DNA from: a virus
Taxonomy: Duplodnaviria > Caudoviricetes
Length of the DNA: 30,339 bases
Direction: 5' to 3' (one strand)
IMG/VR virus record: IMGVR_UViG_3300020314_000022
Span: 1 to 30,339 of that record
The notes under the pieces were generated by a model. It had not been told where the DNA came from. It saw nothing but the letters and a program-made list of their open reading frames with translations, and did no database searches. Both the position numbers and the translations under genes were made by a program. This document shows positions 1-8,200 of the stretch, piece after piece. The stretch's first letter is position 1. The number at the start of each line of letters is the position of its first letter.

Positions 1-68
1 CTGAGTATCACTGTGGACAGCGTTTTATGCGGTTCGTTGTTATTATGTGCGGCGTGATGGGGTTTAAA

Positions 69-166
69 TCGATGGGTCCTTTGTAAGCTATAAACGACCC
101 AGATCGACCTTTCAATATCTTTCAAATAAAAAAAATTTCATATATAAAAACGAGCTCAAAAGGTCG
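69..166 (+). repeat. Two overlapping inverted repeats flanking an AT-rich tract in the non-coding leader
   Basis: TCGA-TGGGTC (69-78) can pair with GACCCA-ga-TCGA (96-107). CGACCTTT (105-112) is the exact reverse complement of AAAGGTCG (159-166). The intervening 113-150 is strongly A/T-rich. Confidence 0.55.
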
Positions 167-169
167 TGT

Positions 170-346
170 ATGGAAAAAAAATCTCACAGGTTAAAAGTGC
201 CCGTAAGGTTCGATCCTGTGACTGATGAGTATGTACTGTCTCTCCCTGAGAGCTTCTGTAATGAATTAGATTGGTATGAAGGAACAGAGGTCATAATGAC
301 TCTTGATGTCGATGGTATTTTTCTAGAAGAAGAATATGAGGAGTAA
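170..346 (+). CDS. Small AbrB/SpoVT/MazE-like (swapped-hairpin) DNA-binding protein, 58 aa; not in ORF track
   Basis: Hand translation: MEKKSHRLKVPVRFDPVTDEYVLSLPESFCNELDWYEGTEVIMTLDVDGIFLEEEYEE*. LPxxxxxxLxWxEGxxV resembles the AbrB-fold signature (IPxxxRxxLxIxxGDxV). AAGG lies just upstream of the ATG and the ORF overlaps the next gene. Confidence 0.7.
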   Translation: MEKKSHRLKVPVRFDPVTDEYVLSLPESFCNELDWYEGTEVIMTLDVDGIFLEEEYEE

Positions 347-917
347 TGTTTATTCATGGGGTCCTCCAATATGGAAGACCAACTTGAAAGAAATCATTGT
401 AGATGAACTTTTAACTAGAGGGAATCAAGTCAGGCATAATGAGAAATTAAATGCCGAACATGATTTGGCAATGAACACTCATGATGAATGGCAATACACC
501 TCAGAGGATATGCAATGGTTCTCTGAGCATATTGAAGATAAGATCAAAGACTATATGAACATCTGGTCGGAACACTTAGACCGACCCGTTCAAACATTCA
601 AGTTTAAGATTGAGAGTCTTTGGATCAATTATATGAAAAAGAATGATTTCAATCCATTGCACGAACACTCAGGAAATATAAGTTTCGTTCTGTATTTGAA
701 TGATGTAGAAGAGCTTAAAACGGAGAGACTAAGATATAAGCAAAAGGATACTGGACCAGTTCCTGGTACAATCATGTTTGCTCATGACGGGGACAGAAAG
801 TTCTTCTACCCAAAGAAGGGCGATCTTCTTATCTTCCCCGCCAATCTTATGCATATGGTCGTTCCATTTAGGAGCGACATCGAAAGGATCTCAGTCTCAG
901 GCAACATATTACTCTAG
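336..917 (+). CDS. Putative 2OG-Fe(II) oxygenase (TIGR02466 / 2OG-FeII_Oxy_5-like)
   Basis: WINYM..NPLHEH (HxH), SFVLYL, GDLLIFPANLMHMV (distal His) and ERISVSGN (RxS 2OG-binding) motifs of the DSBH fold. The family is common in cyanomyoviruses. Confidence 0.85.
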   Translation: MRSNVYSWGPPIWKTNLKEIIVDELLTRGNQVRHNEKLNAEHDLAMNTHDEWQYTSEDMQWFSEHIEDKIKDYMNIWSEHLDRPVQTFKFKIESLWINYMKKNDFNPLHEHSGNISFVLYLNDVEELKTERLRYKQKDTGPVPGTIMFAHDGDRKFFYPKKGDLLIFPANLMHMVVPFRSDIERISVSGNILL

Positions 918-946
918 TTGACTGGGACTATATAAACTGTTAGAAT
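918..946 (+). promoter_or_regulatory. Sigma70-type (host RNAP) promoter
   Basis: TTGACT (918-923), 17-bp spacer, TAGAAT (941-946), ending 21 nt before the ATG at 968. Confidence 0.75.
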
Positions 947-967
947 GATGAAGCGTAATTAATCATT

Positions 968-1726
968 ATGGCTAAAGGATTTACTGTAAAAGCAAAAGCA
1001 CCCCAAACAAAAGACAAAGAACCTGAATGGGATTACGATAAGGCTCGCGAGATGCTCAAAGGCAAGGCAATTGTCTTCTGTATGCCAGGTCGCGGATGTT
1101 CTTATCAGTTCCTCAAGAGTTTTCTGCAACTGAGTTTTGACTTGGTTCAAATGGGGGCAAGTATTCAGATCAGTCAAGACTATTCCTCTATGGTCAACTT
1201 TGCACGGTGCAAGTGCCTTGGAGCGAATGTTCTTCGTGGTCCCGATCAGGTTCCCTGGGACGGCAAACTGAAGTATGACTATCAACTGTGGATTGACTCG
1301 GATATTGTTTTTAATACTGAGAAGTTCCTGCAACTCGTTCTTATGGAGAAGGACATTGCAGCTGGTTGGTATATGACTGAAGACGGTCGTACTACCTCTG
1401 TTGCTCACTGGTTGGATGAGGGCGACTTCCGTAATAACGGTGGCGTCATGAATCACGAGACTGGTGAAACCATGACTAAGCGTAAGAAGCCCTTCACTGT
1501 GGACTACACAGGTTTCGGATGGGTTCTGATTAAGAATGGAGTCTTCGAGCACGAAGAGATGAAGTATCCCTGGTTCGCCCCGAAGATGCAAGTCTTTGAG
1601 TCTGGCGATGTTCAGGACATGTGCGGAGAAGATGTGAGTTTCTGCCTTGACGCTATCGAAGCTGGATTTGAGATCTGGTGTGATCCCCGTATCAGGGTTG
1701 GTCACGAGAAGACTCGGGTCATCTGA
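968..1726 (+). CDS. GT-A fold (GT2-like) glycosyltransferase-like protein
   Basis: VNFARC helix, YDYQLWIDSDIVF (DxD), YTGFGWVLIK, GEDVSFC (GT2 GED motif) and WCDPRIRVGHEK (C-terminal His). Confidence 0.8.
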   Translation: MAKGFTVKAKAPQTKDKEPEWDYDKAREMLKGKAIVFCMPGRGCSYQFLKSFLQLSFDLVQMGASIQISQDYSSMVNFARCKCLGANVLRGPDQVPWDGKLKYDYQLWIDSDIVFNTEKFLQLVLMEKDIAAGWYMTEDGRTTSVAHWLDEGDFRNNGGVMNHETGETMTKRKKPFTVDYTGFGWVLIKNGVFEHEEMKYPWFAPKMQVFESGDVQDMCGEDVSFCLDAIEAGFEIWCDPRIRVGHEKTRVI

Positions 1727-1733
1727 TCGACCC

Positions 1734-1895
1734 ATGGAAGTCTACACAATCTTCGTTGATAGTAGGCAGACTCATACCGATGTAAGTGAGGATGAGTTCT
1801 TTGATATAATGGAGGAGTATGCTCTGTCATTCTATGAGACGGGCACTCCTCATCCTGATTCCGTTACACACATTATTAGAGATTTAGATGGCTAA
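1734..1895 (+). CDS. Small acidic hypothetical protein, 53 aa
   Basis: ATG at 1734 lies shortly after the GT stop at 1726: MEVYTIFVDSRQTHTDVSEDEFFDIMEEYALSFYETGTPHPDSVTHIIRDLDG*. Preferred over the track's 1647 start, which overlaps the GT gene. Confidence 0.7.
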   Translation: MEVYTIFVDSRQTHTDVSEDEFFDIMEEYALSFYETGTPHPDSVTHIIRDLDG

Positions 1896-2037
1896 GGTAA
1901 AAAAATCGTTGCTCGGCGGCACATTTATTGAGTCTACCCCCAAAAAAACTCGTCAGGGTTCTGGCAAGAATACAAAACTTAGCGCGACGAGCGCGAACGC
2001 GGCTCGTAAACGGTATCGTGGGCAAGGTCGGAAATGA
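1888..2037 (+). CDS. Small highly basic hypothetical protein, 49 aa; not in ORF track
   Basis: Hand translation: MAKVKKSLLGGTFIESTPKKTRQGSGKNTKLSATSANAARKRYRGQGRK*. It overlaps the previous gene by 8 nt and the next gene by ATGA (2034-2037). The KKTRQG...RKRYRGQG pattern is recalled from cyanophage small proteins (unverified). Confidence 0.75.
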   Translation: MAKVKKSLLGGTFIESTPKKTRQGSGKNTKLSATSANAARKRYRGQGRK

Positions 2038-2687
2038 GTCAATTAATCGTCAACCTTCCTCCCCAGAAAGTATGGGTAAGGAAAGAGTATCTTAGAGATT
2101 TTCAAGATGGGTTTGGCGAATTTGTAGAGGGCGTCTGGGTATCGGCAAAGTCGATCCCTGGACGCGCTTTTTATTTTGAGACATACTTACCCAAGTATGC
2201 TGCAATGTTCGACAAGCTTCCTATCTCTGCATTTTTATCCCGACCAGAGACGCCTGATCCTGATCTAGACCTACCTAACCTACAGTTCTGGAACTGCATG
2301 GACTATGGCGTCAGATGCCTTGAGAAGCAGTTTATTGGGTCAATGGACTTCCAAGTACGCACACGCAATTTCGGCACCCTTAACGGCGAATATTGCTTCA
2401 CTCTAGACAACTTCCACCCAGACACAGACACTACAAATACTAATGTTAGTGAAATTCCTGAGGAACATAAGTCTCATAACTGTATTGAGCTGGAAAATGG
2501 GCAATTTTGCTTGTATCCCAACAATCGAACACGAATCTTTGACCTCTCTATAACCCCCGAAACGCCGCTCGTGCCCGACTTTAAGGTCAGTACCAGGTAT
2601 TTCCAAGTAGAGAACGGTATTAGATGGGGTAGGCTTGGTGATTGTGAGGAATACTTCTGGGAGACAGAATCAGAAAAGACAGAATAA
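2034..2687 (+). CDS. Conserved hypothetical phage protein, 217 aa
   Basis: Long ORF with ATGA coupling to the upstream gene. Motifs NLPPxKVWVRKEYL, FTLDNFHPD and EHKSHNCIELENGQFCLYPNNR. Function not recognised. Confidence 0.8.
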   Translation: MSQLIVNLPPQKVWVRKEYLRDFQDGFGEFVEGVWVSAKSIPGRAFYFETYLPKYAAMFDKLPISAFLSRPETPDPDLDLPNLQFWNCMDYGVRCLEKQFIGSMDFQVRTRNFGTLNGEYCFTLDNFHPDTDTTNTNVSEIPEEHKSHNCIELENGQFCLYPNNRTRIFDLSITPETPLVPDFKVSTRYFQVENGIRWGRLGDCEEYFWETESEKTE

Positions 2688-2690
2688 ATA
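2683..2690 (+). promoter_or_regulatory. T4-like late promoter (NATAAATA)
   Basis: AATAAATA overlapping the stop at 2685-2687, 20 nt before ATG 2711. Matches the gp55-dependent consensus TATAAATA at 7/8. Confidence 0.6.
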
Positions 2691-2710
2691 GCAAAATATG
2701 GTGTTTTCTC

Positions 2711-2896
2711 ATGCCACATGACTTCTTAGACAATCTTGCTGCTCATCAGCACGAAAAAATGCTGAGAGAAGTAGTCGGTGATCATAAACATGATCTCAAA
2801 AGGCAGACTTTACTGCACGAAGAGATCAGAAATGACGAAGATTATGATGATTGGGACTACGGAACTGAACCTAGTTACGGAAAGCCTCATAAATAA
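2711..2896 (+). CDS. Small hypothetical protein with acidic/aromatic C-terminus, 61 aa
   Basis: Fills the gap between two late-promoter motifs. C-terminus reads DEDYDDWDYGTEPSYG. Confidence 0.7.
   Translation: MPHDFLDNLAAHQHEKMLREVVGDHKHDLKRQTLLHEEIRNDEDYDDWDYGTEPSYGKPHK
2888..2895 (+). promoter_or_regulatory. T4-like late promoter upstream of gp25
   Basis: CATAAATA, 23 nt before ATG 2919. Confidence 0.65.
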
Positions 2897-2918
2897 TCTC
2901 GATATATAGTGCCATTAC

Positions 2919-3317
2919 ATGGCTTCACAGTCCTCTAAAGCATTTAAAGACATTAGTTTGTCTTTTCAACCCCATCCAGTAACTGGAGATATCCCAGTTC
3001 TGAAGAATGAGGATGCTATTAAGAGGGCTGTTCGTAATTTAATTGAAACTAGTGCAGGCGAGAGACCATTTAAGGATGCTCTTGGCACTGGTGTTCGTGA
3101 TGCGTTGTTTGAATTCATCGATTTTCCTACTGCATCAGTAGTAGCGCAACAAATTTTCGATGTTTTGAATGGTTTTGAGGGAAGGATTGACAATGTTATT
3201 GTCAATGTAGAGCCAAGACCCGAAGATCATTCCTTTGAAGTGCAAATTTCATACGATATTATTGGTGATTCTTTCCCCAAACAGGAATTTGAGTTCTTGT
3301 TAGAAACAACTAGGTAG
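2919..3317 (+). CDS. gp25: Baseplate wedge subunit gp25
   Basis: FKDISLSF.PHPVT.DI..LKNEDAIKRAVRNL..T..GERPF....G......LFE and FEGRI are GPW/gp25 family patterns. Lies directly before gp6. Confidence 0.92.
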   Translation: MASQSSKAFKDISLSFQPHPVTGDIPVLKNEDAIKRAVRNLIETSAGERPFKDALGTGVRDALFEFIDFPTASVVAQQIFDVLNGFEGRIDNVIVNVEPRPEDHSFEVQISYDIIGDSFPKQEFEFLLETTR

Positions 3318-3322
3318 ATAAA

Positions 3323-5245
3323 ATGCCCTTCACTAAGTTCACAAACCTAAATTTCGACCAGATTAAGGAATCTATCAAGGATTACCTCCGATCTAACTCG
3401 GATTTTAGTGATTTTGACTATGAAGGTTCTAATATGTCGGTGCTAATCGATGTATTAGCATACAATACCTATATTACAGCCTTCAATAGCAACATGATTG
3501 CTAACGAAGCTTTCCTTGATTCTGCCACTTTGAGAGAAAATGTCGTCTCTTTGGCAAGAAACATTGGTTATGTACCGAGATCTAAGACAGCTCCCTTAGC
3601 AATTATCGATTTTGACTACCCATTTAACGGAAATAGCAATACTGTAACACTAAAAGCTGGTTTAGCAGTAGTTGGAGTCATCAATGACACCAATTTTGTC
3701 TTCTCTGTACCCGAAGATATCACTGTAACTAGTCCAATTGATGCTGGACAGAGCCCAACATCGCAAAATCCCGCTAGAACTGCCAAGTTTAGAGGAGTTT
3801 CGGTCTATCAAGGCACATTTTTAACAAGAAGCTTCATTTCTAACGGAAGTTCAGAGCAAAGATTCCTCTTAGACAACCCAGGAATCGACTTAGATACCCT
3901 AAAAGTCACTGTAAGACGGTCTGGAGCGTCTGCTGGTCTCCAATTCTCCAAAGTTGACAATATTATCGATGTAACTAGTGGGTCAAACATCTATTTGATC
4001 CAAGAAACGGCAAATGAGACCTATGAGATTCTCTTTGGCGACGGTATTTTTGGTACAAAGTTGAATAATGGCGATCAGATCGATGCTTCGTTCATTCTGA
4101 CTGATGGAAAATCAGGAAATGAGGGTAAAAACTTCTCATTCTCTGGCAGAATTGTTGACGACTCTGGTAATCCTGTCGCAACACCCTCTACAGTCAATGT
4201 AATCACCTCTCAGCCTGCCCGTAATGGCGGCGACATTGAGTCAATTGACTCCATACGATACTTTGCTCCTAGACTCTATTCAGCGCAGTCTAGAGCGGTC
4301 ACACCGAAGGATTACGAAGCTATCGTTCAAGACATTTATCCTAACGCAGAGTCCATTTCTGTTGTTGGTGGAGAAGAATTAGACCCACCAGAATTTGGAA
4401 CTGTAGTTTTAAGTATTAAACCCAAAGGCGGAACATTTTTGTCCGACTTTACGAAGACAACTATTCTATCACGACTGAAGCAATATGGTATTGCAGGTAT
4501 CAACCAAAGAATCAAAGATCTGCAGATTCTTTATGTTGAACTTGATGCCTCTGTCTACTACAACAATAGTATTCTAGATGATGCAAATAGTTTGAAAGGA
4601 GAAGTTACAGAATCTCTTACACAATACGGCAAATCTACTAATCTGAACGCATTTGGAGGTAGATTCAAGTATTCCGAAGCTCAAAGAATCGTTGATCAGA
4701 CTGATCCTTCGATTACCTCCAACATTATGAAGGTAACTATGAGAAGAGACCTCAAAGCTCTTGTCAATCAGTTTGCTCAATATGAATTGTGCTTTGGTAA
4801 TCAGTTCCACATTCTAGAAGGTGGCGGAACAATCAAATCCACTGGATTCCAGATTGATGGATTCCCAGAAACTGTGTATATTTCTGATATTCCTAGAGAT
4901 GATGGAAGATTTGGTGATCTTGCTATCTTTAAACCTTCACCTGCAGCAGGTGAACCCGCCACAGTTGTTGTTAAATCTGCAGGAATTGTAGATTATCTTA
5001 AAGGTGAAGTAATTATTAACACAATTAATATCGATGGCACAGTTAGGGGTAACAATATCGTTGAAATTCAGGCTTATCCTGAATCAAACGATGTGATTGG
5101 ATTAAAGGATCTTTATCTTGCATTAGACATGTCAAATACCAAGATAAATATCGTGAGAGACACGATTTCCTCTGGTCAGCAAATTTCTGGCATTGGCTAT
5201 CAAATCACTTCTAGTTACTCCAACGGAACGCTAATCAGACAGTAG
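3323..5245 (+). CDS. gp6: Baseplate wedge subunit gp6
   Basis: LNFDQIK..FSDFDYEGS..VLIDVLAYNT..EAFLDSA.LRENVVSLARNIGYVP, YEILFGDGIFG and GGDIESIDSIR..AP....AQSRAVT.KDY are T4 gp6 hallmarks. 640 aa. Confidence 0.95.
   Translation: MPFTKFTNLNFDQIKESIKDYLRSNSDFSDFDYEGSNMSVLIDVLAYNTYITAFNSNMIANEAFLDSATLRENVVSLARNIGYVPRSKTAPLAIIDFDYPFNGNSNTVTLKAGLAVVGVINDTNFVFSVPEDITVTSPIDAGQSPTSQNPARTAKFRGVSVYQGTFLTRSFISNGSSEQRFLLDNPGIDLDTLKVTVRRSGASAGLQFSKVDNIIDVTSGSNIYLIQETANETYEILFGDGIFGTKLNNGDQIDASFILTDGKSGNEGKNFSFSGRIVDDSGNPVATPSTVNVITSQPARNGGDIESIDSIRYFAPRLYSAQSRAVTPKDYEAIVQDIYPNAESISVVGGEELDPPEFGTVVLSIKPKGGTFLSDFTKTTILSRLKQYGIAGINQRIKDLQILYVELDASVYYNNSILDDANSLKGEVTESLTQYGKSTNLNAFGGRFKYSEAQRIVDQTDPSITSNIMKVTMRRDLKALVNQFAQYELCFGNQFHILEGGGTIKSTGFQIDGFPETVYISDIPRDDGRFGDLAIFKPSPAAGEPATVVVKSAGIVDYLKGEVIINTINIDGTVRGNNIVEIQAYPESNDVIGLKDLYLALDMSNTKINIVRDTISSGQQISGIGYQITSSYSNGTLIRQ
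5143..5150 (+). promoter_or_regulatory. Candidate internal late promoter for gp7
   Basis: GATAAATA inside the 3' end of gp6, ~97 nt before the gp7 ATG. Confidence 0.4.
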
Positions 5246-5246
5246 G

Positions 5247-8200
5247 ATGATCGAAACATATTCGCCCCTAAGTCCTCGGGTTAAAACCTATCAGACGGTA
5301 AGTCAGACGATACCTGAGTTTGCTACTGCTGAAAATCCGTATTTCACAAAATTTTTAGAGCAATATTATATTTCTCAAGATTTTCGTGGTGGTCCAGCTG
5401 ACATCATCGAAAACCTTGATGCTTACATTAGTTTAGACAATTTAACCAAAGATGTAATCAGAGGAACCTCTTCTTTGGGGTCTTCTATCACTGCTACTGA
5501 CGATACTATCGTTGTAGATGACACAGATGGATTTCCTGAAAAGTTTGGTCTCTTACAAATCAATGATGAGATCATTACTTACACTGAAAAGACCCAAACT
5601 TCTTTTATTGGGTGTACTCGTGGATTCAGTGGCATCACATCTTACAGAAGAAGGAATGATCCCTCAAGTTTAATCTATGAGGACACTACTGCTGCAGCTC
5701 ATGAGTCTGGTGCAAGTGTTAATAACCTCAGTTCTTTATTTTTAAAAGAATTTTATAGAAAATTAAAAGCAATCTATGCTCCTGGTCTGGAAGGTGTAAC
5801 TTTATCACCAGATTTGAATGTAGGAAACTTTATTAAGGAAGCTAGAAGTTTATATGAATCAAAAGGAACTAGAGCTTCCTTTGTCATTTTATTCAAAGCG
5901 TTATTTGGTCTCGAACCAAAAATTAATGACCTTGAAAAATATCTAATTAAACCGTCATTTGCAAATTATGTCCGTAGGAAGAGTATTTCTGTAGAAGTGC
6001 TCTCAGGAGATGTTCTTAAGATTGCTGGTGAGACTCTATTCCAAGATAATGACGAAAACAATGATAAAATCAATGCAGCTTCTGGTCCTATCTCAGAAGT
6101 AACTCAAATTAGAGATAATTTTTATAAGTTATCGCTTTTTACTGGTTTTGATGAACGATCACTAACTGATGGTACATTTGTTGTTGCTGGTAGAACTAAA
6201 AATGTAGGAAAAGTTGGTTTGGGTGCAACTGTATTGACAGTTGACTCTACCATTGGTTTTTCTACTGCAGGAACACTCCAAATCGGGTCTTCTTCAGACA
6301 ATTTTTATCAAGAACTTAATTATACTACAAAAAGTGTAAACCAGTTTTATGGTGTTGATACAACTACCGTAGAAATTCCCGATAATTCGACTGTTAGTGC
6401 TCCTACAGTTGTATATGGTTATGAAAATGGTGATTTAACCAAAAAAGTAGAAATGAGAGTCACTGGACTCATTTCTAAGTTTAAATCTAACCAACCTCTT
6501 CGTAATTTAAACTATGGGTCTGATATTCGAGTAAGAAATTTAGGTAGATATTTTGATTCTGATGCTGGAACTTATGAATCTACATTTTTCAACAGCTGGA
6601 TTTATAATACATCAACTAGATTCTTAATTGAGACCGCTTCTGGTTCAAATTTCACTATTGGTGGGTATGTTGATCCTAATTCGTTAAATGTTGGCGATAC
6701 TGTGGATATTCTTCGTAGAAGAGAAACCACTGTGGTTGCCTCGGATCTAAAAGTAACAAATATCAATAGAATTACTAATTCAGTTACCGTTAGCGGTAAT
6801 GTTGGTACTCTTGATCCAAATTTTGATCATGATTTAATCAGAAGACAGAAAAAAGCAACATCTACTATCGTTCCTATTCTTGGTGGCGACGAGCAGTTGT
6901 TAGCTGATATCAATAATGCTTATATTTCCGACGAATCCGTATCTGCGAGTGGAAAACGCGAAGCTTTTGTTGCATCTAGCTCTCTTCCCAGCTATCCTAT
7001 CAACATTGATAAAGTTCACGCCAAATTAACTAATCCAACTCTTGCATTAGGTAACTGGCAGGGATTTGATTCTGTTGAGAATGGATATTCTATTATTTCA
7101 TTCAACAATGCCGTTCCTTTCCAGACTGGTGATGAAATTGCGTATGTTCCTGGAGCAGGAACCCCTGGAATCGGTGGAATTGATCAAGGTAAGACATATT
7201 TTGTTGAGGTTCAATCATCTAACAACAAAATTAAGCTTTTTCAGTCAAGATCGTTTATTAAAGCTAATCTTCCCCTCTATTTCTCACCTCCACTTTCTGG
7301 AAACACTGGAGAGCATGATTTTGTTCTTGCATCCCAAGCAAGAAGAAGTATTTTCCCATCTAGACCAGTTCGTCGCTTCGTTTTAGAGCAAGATCTTACT
7401 AGTGGTAAAGAATTGCAGACAACATCTGAAAGAACTGCAGATGGTAACACTGCGATGCTTGTAAATGGCACAGAAGTGCTGAATTACAAGGGTGCAGATG
7501 TGGTTTACTTTGGTCCACTTGAGAGACTGAATATTTTAAATTCTGGACAAGATTATGATGCTCAAAATCCACCAAACATCATTATCACTGACGAAAATGT
7601 CAGCGTAGCTAATACTGCAGGTGCAGTAGCTGTGGTTAGTGGTAGTGTAAAGAATATTTTTATTGACCCATCAGAATTTGATATTGACAAGGTTACAAGT
7701 ATTGAAATCTTTGGTGGAAACGGTTCTGGAGCGATTGCAAGGGCATTCTTAGAAGAAAGATTTAGAGAAGTCTTCTTCTCTGGTGTCAGCACCAACCTTG
7801 GTGGTAATACACGCTCTTTTAACGATACCATTGCCTTTAGTAATGATCATAACTTCTCAGATGGTGAAAAAGTCATCTATGACAGTAATGGTGGGGCAAA
7901 TCTTGGTATTGGAACAACTGGACCAGCGGATGCAACATTATCTCTTTTCAATGGTCAAGTATATTTCGCCAATGTCAAGAGTCCTAAAATTATCTCTTTA
8001 CACAACAATAAAAACGATGCTGTTACAGGTGTCAACAGCATTACCTTTGATGAGAACGCTCTCATAGCTAATACTGGTGTTCACTTCTTTAGAACAGCAG
8101 AACAAAGAACAACAATTGGCAAATTAATCGTTGAGGATCCTGGTGAAGGATATTCCAACAGACATCTTGCTGTAAAACCTGCTGGCATCAATACAGCAAA

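Noticed and set aside
1-60. Possible minus-strand early-promoter motif (CTGTCCAC in the reverse complement of 1-21) or gene remnant
   Set aside because: Single occurrence at the window edge, with too little context to support it.
184-369. 61-aa minus-strand ORF
   Set aside because: It is antisense to the better-supported 170..346 AbrB-like ORF.
1647-1733. Longer start for the ORF ending at 1895
   Set aside because: It overlaps the conserved C-terminus of the GT gene by 80 nt. ATG 1734 just after the GT stop is more parsimonious.
959-1735. 258-aa antisense ORF covering the whole glycosyltransferase gene
   Set aside because: It is in exact codon register with the sense gene (offset 9 nt), the usual shadow produced by codon bias, and shows no recognisable motif.
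2690-2710. Weak hairpin AAAATA-tgg-TGTTTT as a terminator
   Set aside because: The stem has only A-U/G-U pairs and is too weak. No convincing intrinsic terminator or tRNA was found in the window.
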